NCBI GenBank assembly: GCA_964549965.1
Contig: CAZJXG010000002.1
Span: 1,027-65,026, forward strand
Direction of reading: 5' to 3'
Origin: an uncultured Sphingomonas sp.
Lineage (GTDB): Bacteria > Pseudomonadota > Alphaproteobacteria > Sphingomonadales > Sphingomonadaceae
Length of the DNA stretch: 64,000 bases
This document shows positions 1 through 10,100 of this stretch, piece after piece. The notes below the pieces were generated by a model. It was not told the origin of the DNA and did not search any database. It worked only from the letters and a program-made list of their open reading frames with translations. Made by a program: the position numbers and the translations under genes. The first letter of the stretch is position 1. Each line of letters begins with the position of its first letter.

Positions 1-1
1 G

Positions 2-1579
2 ATCGCAGGCATGGCACCGTTCCGCGGCGTCACCGGCCAATTCGACGAAAATGTGATGCGGAACATGCTGGCGCAGGCCCGCATAAGCGAGCGCGACCTC
101 CGCGCCGATATCGGCGGCGACCTGCTGCGCAACCAGATCCTCACCCCGACCGCCGCGATCGCGGTCCTCCCGACGAAGGTCGCCAGCCCCTATGCGGCGC
201 TCATGCTGGAGCAACGGATCGGTTCGGTCGGGATCATCCCGCTGGCCGCCTTCGTCGACCCGCGCCAGCCGACCGATGCGGAGATCGCCACCGCCTACAA
301 GGCCAATATCGCCGCCTATACCCGGCCCGAAGCGCGCGTGCTGCGCTACGCCCTGTTCGGCCCGGAGCAGATTGCCGCCGCGGCAACGCCGACCGAAGCC
401 GACATCGCCACATATTATCGTGAAAATGCCGCAAGCTATGCCGCGCGAGAGAAGCGCAGCCTGTCGCAGCTGATCACACCGAATGAGGCGCTTGCCCGCA
501 GCATCGCCGCCCAGGCCAAGAGCGGCACGCCGCTTGCCGCCGCCGCGACCAAGGCAGGGCTGGAAGCCGTCACCCTTACCGACCAGAACCGCGACGATTA
601 TGCCAAGTCGGCAGGCGCCGCCGTCGCCGACCAGGCCTTTGCTGTAGCGAAAGGCGGCGTGGCGGGACCGATCAAGGGCTCGTTCGGCTGGTATGTGGTG
701 AAAGTCGACAGCGTCACCGGCACTCCGGCGCGCAGCCTGACGCAGGTCAGGCCCGAGATCGTCGCGCTCCTGTCCACGCAGAAGTCGCAGGAGGCACTGG
801 CCGAGCTCGCCGGCCGGATCGAGGATGCGATCGCCGACGGATCCAGCTTCGCCGAGATCGCCACGGGCAACAAGCTTGCCGTAATCGAGACTCCGCCCCT
901 CCTGGCGACCGGCCAGCCGGTGTCGGCACCGCCGGGCTGGCAGGCACCGCCCGAACTCAACGCCCTGCTCAAGGGTGGATTCGACGGCGACCCTTCCGAC
1001 CGGCCGACAGTCGAGACGGTGATCAAGGATCAGCGTTTCGCACTGCTGAGTGTCGCCAAGGTGATCCCGCCGACGCCCGTTCCGCTCGCGCAGGTTCGCC
1101 CGCTCGTGATCCGCGACATCGTCACCAAGCGCGCCGCCGCGCAGGCCAAGACCGTCGGCGACAAGGTGACGGCAGCGGTCAACCGCGGCGTGCCGCTCGC
1201 CAAGGCGATGGCCGAGAGCGGCGTCAAGCTGCCCGCGCCGGCACCTGCCCGCGCTCGTCAGCTCGATATCGTACGGGCGCAGCAGGGCGGCGCACAGATA
1301 CCGGCCCCGGTGCGCGCCCTGTTCGCGCTGCAGAGGGGCAAGGCGCGGCTGATACCGAGCGATAACGGCGAGGCGCTGTTCGTCGCGGTCCTCGACACGA
1401 TCGTACCGGGCGACCTGTCCAAAGCGCCGGGACTGCTCATGGAGATGCGCGCCGACCTGGAACGCACGCTGACCCCGGAGCTGGGCGAGCAGTTCGTCCG
1501 CGCCGCCGGAAAAGCCGCGACGATCAAACGCTATCCCGAGACGATCGCGGCGGTAAAGCGCCAGATCAGCGGCCAGTAA
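2..1579 (+). CDS. PpiD-like periplasmic chaperone / peptidyl-prolyl isomerase-domain protein, 5'-partial
   Basis: The frame is open to the window edge. Ala-rich SurA-N/PPIase-like sequence (GWYVVKVDSVTG). It sits directly upstream of trpE, as is common in alphaproteobacteria. Confidence 0.6.
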   Translation: MAGMAPFRGVTGQFDENVMRNMLAQARISERDLRADIGGDLLRNQILTPTAAIAVLPTKVASPYAALMLEQRIGSVGIIPLAAFVDPRQPTDAEIATAYKANIAAYTRPEARVLRYALFGPEQIAAAATPTEADIATYYRENAASYAAREKRSLSQLITPNEALARSIAAQAKSGTPLAAAATKAGLEAVTLTDQNRDDYAKSAGAAVADQAFAVAKGGVAGPIKGSFGWYVVKVDSVTGTPARSLTQVRPEIVALLSTQKSQEALAELAGRIEDAIADGSSFAEIATGNKLAVIETPPLLATGQPVSAPPGWQAPPELNALLKGGFDGDPSDRPTVETVIKDQRFALLSVAKVIPPTPVPLAQVRPLVIRDIVTKRAAAQAKTVGDKVTAAVNRGVPLAKAMAESGVKLPAPAPARARQLDIVRAQQGGAQIPAPVRALFALQRGKARLIPSDNGEALFVAVLDTIVPGDLSKAPGLLMEMRADLERTLTPELGEQFVRAAGKAATIKRYPETIAAVKRQISGQ

Positions 1580-1590
1580 GGCCCAGGCGC

Positions 1591-3102
1591 ATGGCTCAGG
1601 GACAGGACCAGGCGGCGCGCGAGGCGCTCGCGCGCGGCGAACCCGCACTGGTCTGGCGCACCCAGGTTGCCGACACCGAGACTCCGGTTGCGGCAGCGCT
1701 GAAGCTGATCCGGCCCGGACGCGGCGATTTTCTGCTCGAATCGGTGGAAGGCGGCGCAGTCCGCGGCCGCTATTCGCTGCTCGGTCTCGCACCGGACCTG
1801 ATGTTCCGCGCGCGCGGCGACAGCGCCGAGGTCAACCGGCACTGGGCGACCGATCCGGATGCCTTCGAACGCCTTGAAGACGATGCGCTGACGGCGATGC
1901 GCAAGCTCGTCACCGCCTGCCGCATGGCGGTACCCGAGGGCCTTCCCCGCGCGCTCGCCTGCCTCGTCGGCTTCTTCGCCTATGAGACGATCGGCCTGGT
2001 CGAAAAGCTGCCCCGACCTGCGGCCAACCCGCTCGACCTGCCCGACATGCTGTTCGCGCGGCCAACGCTGATCCTGGTGTTCGACCGGCTCGCCGACCAG
2101 CTCTATCTTGTGGCCCCGCTCTGGCCCGACTCTCCGGGCAGCGCCGATGCCAAGGTCGCGCAGGCGATCGAACTGATCGAGGGACAGGCCGCGATTCTCG
2201 CCGGGCCGCTGCCACCGCGCAGCCGCAGCGAGATCGATCCGGCGACGCTCGTCCCCGTTCCGCAGCTGGCGCCGGGCCGATATGAGGAGATGGTGCTCAG
2301 GGCGAAGGACTATATCGCCGCCGGCGACGTCTTTCAGGTAGTCCTGGCGCAGCGCTTCACCATGGATTTCGCGCTGCCGCCGATCGATCTCTATCGCGCG
2401 CTCCGCCGGATCAATCCGTCACCCTTCCTGTATTATCTCGACCTTCCAGGCTTCGCCCTGATCGGCTCCTCGCCCGAGATACTGGTCCGGGCGCGCGATG
2501 GCGAGGTCACGATCCGGCCGATCGCGGGCACCCGGCCCCGCGGCAAGACCGCCATGGAGGATGCCGCCAACCGCGACAGCCTGCTCGCCGATCCCAAGGA
2601 GCGGGCCGAGCATCTGATGCTGCTCGATCTAGGCCGCAACGATGTCGGCCGCGTCGCGCAGGCGGGCACGGTGGAAGTGACCGACAGCTATACGATCGAG
2701 CATTATAGCCATGTGATGCACATCGTCTCGAACGTCGTCGGCCGGCTCGATCCGGCGAAGGACGCGCTGGACGCGCTGTTCGCCGGCTTTCCGGCGGGAA
2801 CCGTTTCGGGCGCACCGAAGGTCCGTGCCTGCGAGATCATTGCGGAGCTGGAGCCCGAGACACGCGGCCCTTATGCGGGCGGTGTCGGCTATTTTTCGCC
2901 AGACGGATCGATGGACAGTTGCATCGTGCTGCGCACGGCCGTGGTGAAGGATGGCGTCATGCACGTTCAGGCCGGCGCCGGAATTGTTGCGGATAGCGAG
3001 CCGGTATATGAGCAGCGCGAATGCGAAGCGAAATCGGGGGCGTTGATTGCCGCAGCACGCGAAGCGTTGAAGATGGCGATGGAGCCAGAGTTCGGACAGT
3101 GA
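1591..3102 (+). CDS. trpE: anthranilate synthase component I
   Basis: 503 aa. Chorismate-binding core motifs are present (SPEILVR, IAGTRPRG, HLMLLDLGRNDVGRV, GAPKVRA, RGPYAGGVGYF). Confidence 0.95.
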   Translation: MAQGQDQAAREALARGEPALVWRTQVADTETPVAAALKLIRPGRGDFLLESVEGGAVRGRYSLLGLAPDLMFRARGDSAEVNRHWATDPDAFERLEDDALTAMRKLVTACRMAVPEGLPRALACLVGFFAYETIGLVEKLPRPAANPLDLPDMLFARPTLILVFDRLADQLYLVAPLWPDSPGSADAKVAQAIELIEGQAAILAGPLPPRSRSEIDPATLVPVPQLAPGRYEEMVLRAKDYIAAGDVFQVVLAQRFTMDFALPPIDLYRALRRINPSPFLYYLDLPGFALIGSSPEILVRARDGEVTIRPIAGTRPRGKTAMEDAANRDSLLADPKERAEHLMLLDLGRNDVGRVAQAGTVEVTDSYTIEHYSHVMHIVSNVVGRLDPAKDALDALFAGFPAGTVSGAPKVRACEIIAELEPETRGPYAGGVGYFSPDGSMDSCIVLRTAVVKDGVMHVQAGAGIVADSEPVYEQRECEAKSGALIAAAREALKMAMEPEFGQ

Positions 3103-3246
3103 ACAGCGTTGTAAATATTGGGTAATTTTCGATCTACACTGTGGCATTTATGCATCATTCGTGACAATCGATCTTGCCACAGGGATCATTTTAGTATGGG
3201 AACCGTTTCCGCTTCGCCGTAACGGCTGTAGAAAGGGTTTGTACTC

Positions 3247-4083
3247 ATGCGATTTTTCCTCACCACCACCGCGATCGGCCTCGCCGCGCTCGGCGCCAGT
3301 GCTGCATCGGCGCAGAACAGCGCTTCGAGCTGGACCGGTTTCTATGTCGGTGGGCAGCTCGGCTATGGCTGGCAGCCCAAGGATGGCGACGAGGTCGTCA
3401 ACTTCGACCGCAATCTTGACGGGAACTTTGGCGACGCGTTCGTCAATTTCCAGCCCAATGTGGCCGGCAATGGCGGCATGTGCGGCGGCGCGCCGACCTC
3501 GGCCAGCCCGCGCACCGGCTGCACCAAGGACAATGACTCGACGGCCTGGAAGATCCACGCCGGCTATGATTACGGCTTCGGCGAGACCAGCGGCTTCGTC
3601 GTTGGCGCGGTAGCCGAATATGGCAAGTCGTACCTGTACGACAATGTCACCGCGTTCAGCACCACCCCGGCGGTGTACAAGATGCAGGCCAAGCTGAAGA
3701 GCGACGGCGCGATCCGCGGTCGCGCCGGCTATGCGCTCGACACCGGCACGCTGTTCTACGGCACCGGCGGCGTTGCCTATGGCAAGATCCGCAACAGCTT
3801 CTCGTCGTCGAACACCGTGAACACCTTCACCGTGAACGATCCGAACAAGAACGCCTGGGGCTATGTCTATGGCGGCGGTATCGAGCAGAAGGTCGGCCCC
3901 TTCTCGATCGGCACGCTCTATACGTTCACGGCGCTGAAGAACAACAAGAGCACCGTGCGGACCTCGGGCGGCCCCGTGGGTGGCCCGTTCACCGTTCAGA
4001 ACGCATCGGGTACCGACTTCCAGCGCAGCTTCAGCAAGTTCGCGTTCCATTCGATCCGTGCGACGGCGAGCTATCGCTTCTGA
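3247..4083 (+). CDS. outer-membrane beta-barrel protein (Omp25/porin-like)
   Basis: Signal peptide ending AASAQ. Alternating Gly/aromatic beta-strand pattern (GFYVGGQLGYGW). C-terminal ...ASYRF with a terminal Phe. Confidence 0.8.
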   Translation: MRFFLTTTAIGLAALGASAASAQNSASSWTGFYVGGQLGYGWQPKDGDEVVNFDRNLDGNFGDAFVNFQPNVAGNGGMCGGAPTSASPRTGCTKDNDSTAWKIHAGYDYGFGETSGFVVGAVAEYGKSYLYDNVTAFSTTPAVYKMQAKLKSDGAIRGRAGYALDTGTLFYGTGGVAYGKIRNSFSSSNTVNTFTVNDPNKNAWGYVYGGGIEQKVGPFSIGTLYTFTALKNNKSTVRTSGGPVGGPFTVQNASGTDFQRSFSKFAFHSIRATASYRF

Positions 4084-4108
4084 TCAGCGCGCAAACGCAA
4101 AAAAAGAA

Positions 4109-4139
4109 GGGCCGGATGGGAAACCATCCGGCCCTTTTT
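4109..4139. terminator. bidirectional rho-independent terminator between the omp gene and the convergent protease gene
   Basis: GGGCCGGATGG-gaaa-CCATCCGGCCC forms an 11-bp stem. It is followed by TTTTT and preceded by an A-run, which gives a T-run on the minus strand. Confidence 0.85.
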
Positions 4140-4182
4140 ATTGACCTTCCTCCGTCCCTGACAGGAAAGGGGAAGCGACCAC

Positions 4183-5754
4183 TCAGTTTCGCAGCTGCAC
4201 GCCGACATAGCGCGGCGGCGTATTGCCACGCTGAACGAACAGCAGCACGGTCGGCCGCTTGGCCTTCAGCGCGGCGGATATCTGGGCGGCGGCGGCCTGG
4301 ACGGTCGTCACCGGCACATTGTTGATCTGCAGGATGATGTCGCGCGGCTGGAAACCATTGGCGGCGGCATCGCTCGACGGATCGACATAATTGATCACCA
4401 CGCCCTTGAGCGTGGTGGCGACACCGAGCCGACGGGCGATATCCGGAGTGAGCGTCTGGAGGCCAAGGCCGATCGCATTGCGCGTCGCCTGATCGGGAGC
4501 GACCGGACCACCGCCCACACCGTCGTCCTGATCCTCATCCACGCCGCTGGCATTGGCGAGCTGGTCTTCGGGAGGACGTTCGCCGAGCGTGACCGTCACG
4601 GTCTTGCGCTGGCCTTCCCGGATCACCTCGATCGGCAGGCGGGCGCCCACCGGGGTTTTGCCGACGATATAGGACAAGGTGTTGTCGGGCGTGACGTCCT
4701 GGTTGTTGACCTTCACGATCACGTCGCCCTGGCGAATTCCGGCGCGCGCCGCAGCCTCGCCAGGCTCGACCCGCGCGACGATCTCGCCGCGATCCTTCGG
4801 GAGACCCAGGCTGGTGGCGATATCCTGCGTCATCGGCTGGATGCCGACGCCGAGATAGCCGCGCTTGATCCGCTCTCCGGTGCGGAGCTGATCGATGATC
4901 GGCTTTGCCTCCTCAGCGGGGATGGCGAAGCCGATGCCGACATTGCCGCCGGTTGGCGAGAAGATCGCCGTGTTGATGCCAATCACATTGCCCTGAAGAT
5001 CGAACATCGGGCCACCCGAATTGCCCTGATTGATCGAGGCATCGGTCTGAATATAGCGATCATAGGGGCCGTTGACGCCGATCGACCTGTGCAGCGCCGA
5101 CACGATACCCGCGGTCACCGTGCCGCCAAGGCCGAACGGATTGCCGATCGCGACCACCCAGTCGCCGACCCGGGTGCGGGTGGAATCGCCAAACTGGACG
5201 AAGGGCAGATTCTTCGCGTCGATCTTGAGCAGCGCCAGATCCGATGTCTGGTCGCGGCCGACGATCGTCGCCTTATATTCCTTGCGGTCGGGCAGGGTCA
5301 CGGTGATCGAACTGACCACCGCCCCGGTCCCGCCCTCGGGAGAGGCCGAAATCACGTGGTTGTTGGTGACGACATAACCGTCGGCCGAGATGATGAAGCC
5401 GGAGCCGAGCGAGGTCGCCTCGCGGGTGATCGGCTTGCCGCTGTCATCGGTCCCGCCGCCCCCGCCGCCGAAGCGGCGGAACAGTTCCTCGAAGGGAGTG
5501 CCGGAAAAGGCGTTGCCACCGTTGCGGACCTGGATCTTCTGGGTGGTGGAGATGTTGACCACCGCCGGCTGCAGCTTGGCGGCCAGATCGGCGAAGCTCA
5601 TCGGCGCGCCGGGGCGCGGTGCCTCGGCGTTGATCGAGCCGGGCGCGTTCTGCGCGACCTGCGCCCCCACGGGCTGCTGCATCGTCAGGGTTGCGGTCGC
5701 ACCACCGGCCAACAAGGCTGCGGTGATCGCATAGGCATAGCGCACTTTTGCCAA
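4183..5754 (-). CDS. DegP/HtrA (Do-family) periplasmic serine endoprotease with two PDZ domains
   Basis: 523 aa with a signal peptide. Trypsin-like motifs TNNHV and GNSGGP are present. The PDZ-like C-terminal half contains RGYLGV. It lies downstream of hflKC. Confidence 0.9.
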   Translation of the reverse strand: MAKVRYAYAITAALLAGGATATLTMQQPVGAQVAQNAPGSINAEAPRPGAPMSFADLAAKLQPAVVNISTTQKIQVRNGGNAFSGTPFEELFRRFGGGGGGTDDSGKPITREATSLGSGFIISADGYVVTNNHVISASPEGGTGAVVSSITVTLPDRKEYKATIVGRDQTSDLALLKIDAKNLPFVQFGDSTRTRVGDWVVAIGNPFGLGGTVTAGIVSALHRSIGVNGPYDRYIQTDASINQGNSGGPMFDLQGNVIGINTAIFSPTGGNVGIGFAIPAEEAKPIIDQLRTGERIKRGYLGVGIQPMTQDIATSLGLPKDRGEIVARVEPGEAAARAGIRQGDVIVKVNNQDVTPDNTLSYIVGKTPVGARLPIEVIREGQRKTVTVTLGERPPEDQLANASGVDEDQDDGVGGGPVAPDQATRNAIGLGLQTLTPDIARRLGVATTLKGVVINYVDPSSDAAANGFQPRDIILQINNVPVTTVQAAAAQISAALKAKRPTVLLFVQRGNTPPRYVGVQLRN

Positions 5755-5852
5755 CTCCTTAAAACTCCTGTCCTGCCGTTGCCGATATCCGGGGTGGTTT
5801 ATTTCGGTCCCGGTCGCTGAACCCCGCTTGAACGGTGCCGTTCCATCTATTG

Positions 5853-6722
5853 TTATCGGCGCCCGCGAAATTCGCGCAGATATTCATTATCGGGCGACAG
5901 TATCGCATTGGACGATCCGGACGCTTCATTGCCATCGGTCCCGAAGGTGAACCGATAGGACTGCATCGCCCGGTAGAAATTGTAGAAATCCGGATCCTTG
6001 TTGAAGCTTTCCGCATAGACACCGGCGGCCTGGGCGTCGGCCTCCGCCGTGATGATCTGCGCCTGCTTGCGTCCCTCAGCACGGATCGACAGCGCTTCCT
6101 GCTCGCGCGCCGTACGCATCCGGTTGAAGGCGGAATCCAGCGGGGTGCCGTCGGGAAGGTCGGCGCGCTTGATCCGCACATCGACGATCTCGGCGCCATA
6201 TTGCCGGGCCACCTTGTTGAGCCGGGTCTGGATATTGTCCATCACCGCGCCGCGTTCGGGGCTGAGCAGCGATGCGAAGGGACGCTTGCCCAGTTCGTTG
6301 CGCAGTGAGGAGCCGAGGATCGGGCGCAGCGCCTCCTCCACCCGGCGTTCGGTTCCGGCGGTTATCGACATGCGCAGCGGATCGACGATCCGGTACCGGG
6401 CATAGGCATCGACCTCGAGCCTAAGCTGATCGGTCGACAGCACCGACTGCCGTTCCATGTCGAAGTCGCGGACCCGCTTGTCGATCCAGTGTATCTCGTC
6501 GAAGAAGGGGATCTTCATGATCACCCCCGCTCCGGTCTGCCCGAAATCCTCATTGGGCTTATAGGCGTTGTACACCTTTTCGGGCTTGCCGAAGCGGACG
6601 ACCAGCGCCTGCTTCGTCTCCGGCACGACCGCGAATACGCCGTTCAACACGATCACCGCGGCAATCGCGGCAATCGCCCAACCGATCACCGTACGGCTGG
6701 CGAGATTATCGGAAACATTCAT
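5853..6722 (-). CDS. hflC: protease modulator HflC
   Basis: 289 aa SPFH/band-7 protein with an N-terminal transmembrane segment. Its start overlaps the hflK stop by 4 nt. Confidence 0.9.
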   Translation of the reverse strand: MNVSDNLASRTVIGWAIAAIAAVIVLNGVFAVVPETKQALVVRFGKPEKVYNAYKPNEDFGQTGAGVIMKIPFFDEIHWIDKRVRDFDMERQSVLSTDQLRLEVDAYARYRIVDPLRMSITAGTERRVEEALRPILGSSLRNELGKRPFASLLSPERGAVMDNIQTRLNKVARQYGAEIVDVRIKRADLPDGTPLDSAFNRMRTAREQEALSIRAEGRKQAQIITAEADAQAAGVYAESFNKDPDFYNFYRAMQSYRFTFGTDGNEASGSSNAILSPDNEYLREFRGRR

Positions 6723-7768
6723 TGCTGGGCCTTGGGCAGTTGCTGCGGAAGCGGCACATAGGGGATGACGTTGGGCGCCTCGACGATCGTCTTGTCGGTC
6801 TTGGCGAGCACCCGTTCCATCGTCTCATAATACATGCGGCGGCGGGTCACTTCGGGGGCCAGCTTATATTCGGCATAGACCTTGTCGAAGGCCGCGGCCT
6901 CACCTTCGGCCTTTGCGCCGAGCTGCTGGGCATAGGCCCGTGCCTGGTTGAGATAGGTCTGGGCCTCTTGCTGCGCCGCGGAGACCGATTTGAACGCCTC
7001 GACCACCGCAGTCGGGGGATCGGCCTGCTTGATCGCGACGCCCTGCACCGCGACACCGGCCCGATAGCCGTCCAGTATCTCCTGCATGCGCTGCTGCACC
7101 CTGCCTTCGATCTGGCTGCGCTGCGAGCCCATCGCGTCATTGAGCGCAACGCGCGCGATTTCGGCACGCATCGCACTTTCGGCGACCTCGGCCACCGTCT
7201 CGTCGGGATCGGCGAGCTGATAGAGATAACGTTCGGGATCGCGGATATTCCAGCGGACGGAATAAGCGAGATCGATGATGTTCTGATCGCCGGTCAGCAT
7301 CAGATTCTGCGCGTTGCCGCCGCTGGCAGGGATATCCTTCACCCTTATATCTTCGATGTCGATCGTCGTCACATGGTCGATCGGCGCCGGAAAGGTGAAG
7401 GAGAAGCCCGGTTCGAGCGTGCCGGCATAGGAGCCCAGCCGGGTGATGACCCCGCGCTCCTGCGGGTTGATCATATGGCTGCTGGTCCACAGCACCCAGA
7501 TCAACAGCAGGCCCACGCCTGCCCAGAGCAGCATCCGACCCGCCTCGGGCTCCGGTCCGCCCCGGCCACCGAACCGCGCCCGGCCGCGGCGCAGAAGCTC
7601 GTCGATAGCCGAACGGCCTGCAGGTCCACGCCCGGGGCGCCCGCGCGGGGGCTGGCTCCATGGGTTCGGATCACTCCCCCCATCGTTGCCTGATCCCCCG
7701 CCGCCCCACGGTCCACCTTCATTGAGGAGGGGCCGCGGCGCCATATCGCTGCTGTCACTATGGTTCAT
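6719..7768 (-). CDS. hflK: FtsH protease activity modulator HflK
   Basis: SPFH domain with a Gly/Pro-rich N-terminus. The internal ATG at 7768 (MNHSDSS) is preferred over the track start at 7858, which would run into the divergent mrp gene. Confidence 0.85.
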   Translation of the reverse strand: MNHSDSSDMAPRPLLNEGGPWGGGGSGNDGGSDPNPWSQPPRGRPGRGPAGRSAIDELLRRGRARFGGRGGPEPEAGRMLLWAGVGLLLIWVLWTSSHMINPQERGVITRLGSYAGTLEPGFSFTFPAPIDHVTTIDIEDIRVKDIPASGGNAQNLMLTGDQNIIDLAYSVRWNIRDPERYLYQLADPDETVAEVAESAMRAEIARVALNDAMGSQRSQIEGRVQQRMQEILDGYRAGVAVQGVAIKQADPPTAVVEAFKSVSAAQQEAQTYLNQARAYAQQLGAKAEGEAAAFDKVYAEYKLAPEVTRRRMYYETMERVLAKTDKTIVEAPNVIPYVPLPQQLPKAQQ

Positions 7769-7839
7769 GCAATCATTATAGGAGCGGATCGACGGAAAAA
7801 CAGTGCCCTTTCCCCGGCGAGCGCTTATTTGCTCCGCGC

Positions 7840-8841
7840 ATGGACATGACGGAATCACTTCCCGCCGCGCTCGACAGCGTATTGGACCCCATCAGCGGCA
7901 ACGGTCTGATCACCGCCGGCCGGGCTGCCGCACCCCGTTTCGAGGATGGTACGGTGAGCGTCGTTATCGACGTCACCGGCCTTTCGGGCGATGCGCGCAG
8001 CAAGCTGGAGACGGCGGTCAAGCAGGCGTTGATCGCGGTACCAGGCGTCGAAACGGTGCGGGTCGCGATGACGGCCGAGAAAAAGGGCCGCAAGATCATC
8101 GCGATCGGATCGGGCAAGGGCGGGGTCGGCAAATCGACATTGTCCGCCAATCTCGCGGTGGCGCTCAAGCGGATGGGCAAAAAGGTCGGCCTGGTCGACG
8201 CGGATATCTATGGCCCGTCCCAGTCGCGCCTGTTGTCGACCGAGGGGATGCGCCCCACCGCGACCGGGCAGAAGATGGATCCGGTGATCTCTCCCTCCGG
8301 CGTGCCGGTGCTGTCGATGGCACAGCTCGTCAAACCCGGCCAGGCGATCGCCTGGCGCGGGCCCATGGCCGCCAATGCGCTGGGCCAGTTGGTCGATGCC
8401 GAATGGGGCGATGTCGACCTGCTGATCCTCGATCTGCCGCCCGGCACCGGCGACGTCCAGCTCACCATGGTCCAGAAGTATAAGCCGGTCGGCGCGATCA
8501 TCGTGTCGACCCCGCAGGACCTGGCGCTGATCGACGCGACCCGCGCCGTCGATTTCTTCCGGCAGGGCAGCGTGCCAATCATCGGCATGATCGAGAATAT
8601 GGCAGGCTATGTCTGTCCGCATTGCGGCGAAGCTTCCGACCCGTTCGGCCAGGGCGGCGCGCAGGCGGCGGCGATGACGATGGAAATGCCCTTCCTTGGG
8701 CGGGTGCCGCTGGACATCGCCATCCGCGTCGCATCCGACGCCGGCCTTCCGCCGGCGGCCGACGACGGAGACATGATATTCGCTCCGTTGGCGCAGAAAA
8801 TCGTCGACTGGTTGAACCCGGCGAAACCCGCATCATTTTAG
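7840..8841 (+). CDS. apbC: Mrp/NBP35 (ApbC) iron-sulfur cluster carrier ATPase
   Basis: Deviant Walker A motif GKGGVGKST, a CPHC motif, and an N-terminal MIP18-like domain. Confidence 0.9.
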   Translation: MDMTESLPAALDSVLDPISGNGLITAGRAAAPRFEDGTVSVVIDVTGLSGDARSKLETAVKQALIAVPGVETVRVAMTAEKKGRKIIAIGSGKGGVGKSTLSANLAVALKRMGKKVGLVDADIYGPSQSRLLSTEGMRPTATGQKMDPVISPSGVPVLSMAQLVKPGQAIAWRGPMAANALGQLVDAEWGDVDLLILDLPPGTGDVQLTMVQKYKPVGAIIVSTPQDLALIDATRAVDFFRQGSVPIIGMIENMAGYVCPHCGEASDPFGQGGAQAAAMTMEMPFLGRVPLDIAIRVASDAGLPPAADDGDMIFAPLAQKIVDWLNPAKPASF

Positions 8842-8867
8842 CAGGGTCTCTCTTCGAGGATCCGCCC

Positions 8868-9284
8868 ATGCCGCTCAGTTCCGATGCCGACGTCGCCGAC
8901 CTGCTCCGCAACACCAGGACCATCGCGATGGTCGGCGCGAGCGACCGTCCGGATCGTCCCAGCTATGGCGTGATGCGCTTCCTGCTGGACAAGGGCTACA
9001 CGGTGATCCCGGTCAATCCGCAGCTGGCCGGCCAGAGCATCCACGGCCAGCCCGTGGTCGCGACCCTCGCCGAGGTCGGCGAGACGATCGATCTGGTCGA
9101 TATCTTCCGCAATTCCGCCGCCGCCGGCCCGGTGATCGACGAAGCGATCGCGGCAGGCGCCAAAGCCGTGTGGACCCAGCTGGGCGTCTTCAACGACGAA
9201 GCAGTGAGCCGCGCCGAGGCGGCAGGGCTGAGGGCGGTGGTCAACCGCTGCCCGGCGATCGAGATTCCCAGGCTGGGACTCTGA
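8868..9284 (+). CDS. CoA-binding domain protein (YccU-like)
   Basis: 138 aa starting at MPLSSDADV, with IAMVGASDRPDRPSY. The upstream part of track ORF 8622..9284 is Arg-rich junk overlapping mrp. Confidence 0.75.
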   Translation: MPLSSDADVADLLRNTRTIAMVGASDRPDRPSYGVMRFLLDKGYTVIPVNPQLAGQSIHGQPVVATLAEVGETIDLVDIFRNSAAAGPVIDEAIAAGAKAVWTQLGVFNDEAVSRAEAAGLRAVVNRCPAIEIPRLGL

Positions 9285-9320
9285 TCCGATCCACGCCCGG
9301 TAAGGGCCACGCGATCGATA

Positions 9321-10100
9321 TTATCGGATGATCGCCCTTGCGGCCCGATCCGACAGCCGATCGACCGCTTTGGCATGGATCGCCGGCGCGGTCGCCAGCA
9401 CGCCGAACTGCTCGCCCTTGGTGCTGTTGTAGCGCAGCGGCCGGCCCAGCGCGTCGGTCACGGTGGCGCCGGCTTCCTGCGCGATCAGCGCCGCCGCCGC
9501 TATGTCCCATTCATGGCCCCATCTCAGCGTGGCGAGCAGGTCGGCCTCGTCCGCGCCCACCATCGCGATGCGCAGCGCAATCGAATTGGGTTTGCCGACC
9601 ATCACCAAATCGGCATCAGGGCGCGGCAGCACATCGGCGGGCACGCGCGCACCCGGCAGCGTGATGCGCTGCGACGCCCGGATCGGTTCGCCATTGCGGG
9701 TCGCGCCCCGCCCCGCCTGGGCACGCCAATGCTCCCCACGCGCGGGTGCATCGAGCACGCCGATCATCGGCCGGCCGCCCTCGACCAGTGCGATCGATAC
9801 CGCCCAGCCCTCTCGTCCACGAACATAGTCGCGGGTCCCGTCGATCGGATCGACAACCCAGACGCGCACGCAGTTCAGCCGGTCGGCGCTGTCGACTGTC
9901 TCCTCGGACAGCCAGCCTGCCTCCGGATCGAGCGCCATCAGCCGTTCGCGGAGAAGCGCATCGGCAGCGAGATCGATATCGCAGACCGGGCTGCCGGGGG
10001 TCTTGTCCCAATATTTGAAATCGCCGCGCCATGAGGCGTGCGCCATCGCCCCGACCTCGGCCGCGACCGCGCTTACCGCCTCGAGGAGCGCATCAGGCAC
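9321..10100 (-). CDS. inositol monophosphatase family protein (CysQ/SuhB-like)
   Basis: Motifs WVVDPIDGTRDY and EWDIAAA. Its start overlaps the pmbA stop by 8 nt. Confidence 0.8.
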   Translation of the reverse strand: MPDALLEAVSAVAAEVGAMAHASWRGDFKYWDKTPGSPVCDIDLAADALLRERLMALDPEAGWLSEETVDSADRLNCVRVWVVDPIDGTRDYVRGREGWAVSIALVEGGRPMIGVLDAPARGEHWRAQAGRGATRNGEPIRASQRITLPGARVPADVLPRPDADLVMVGKPNSIALRIAMVGADEADLLATLRWGHEWDIAAAALIAQEAGATVTDALGRPLRYNSTKGEQFGVLATAPAIHAKAVDRLSDRAARAIIR

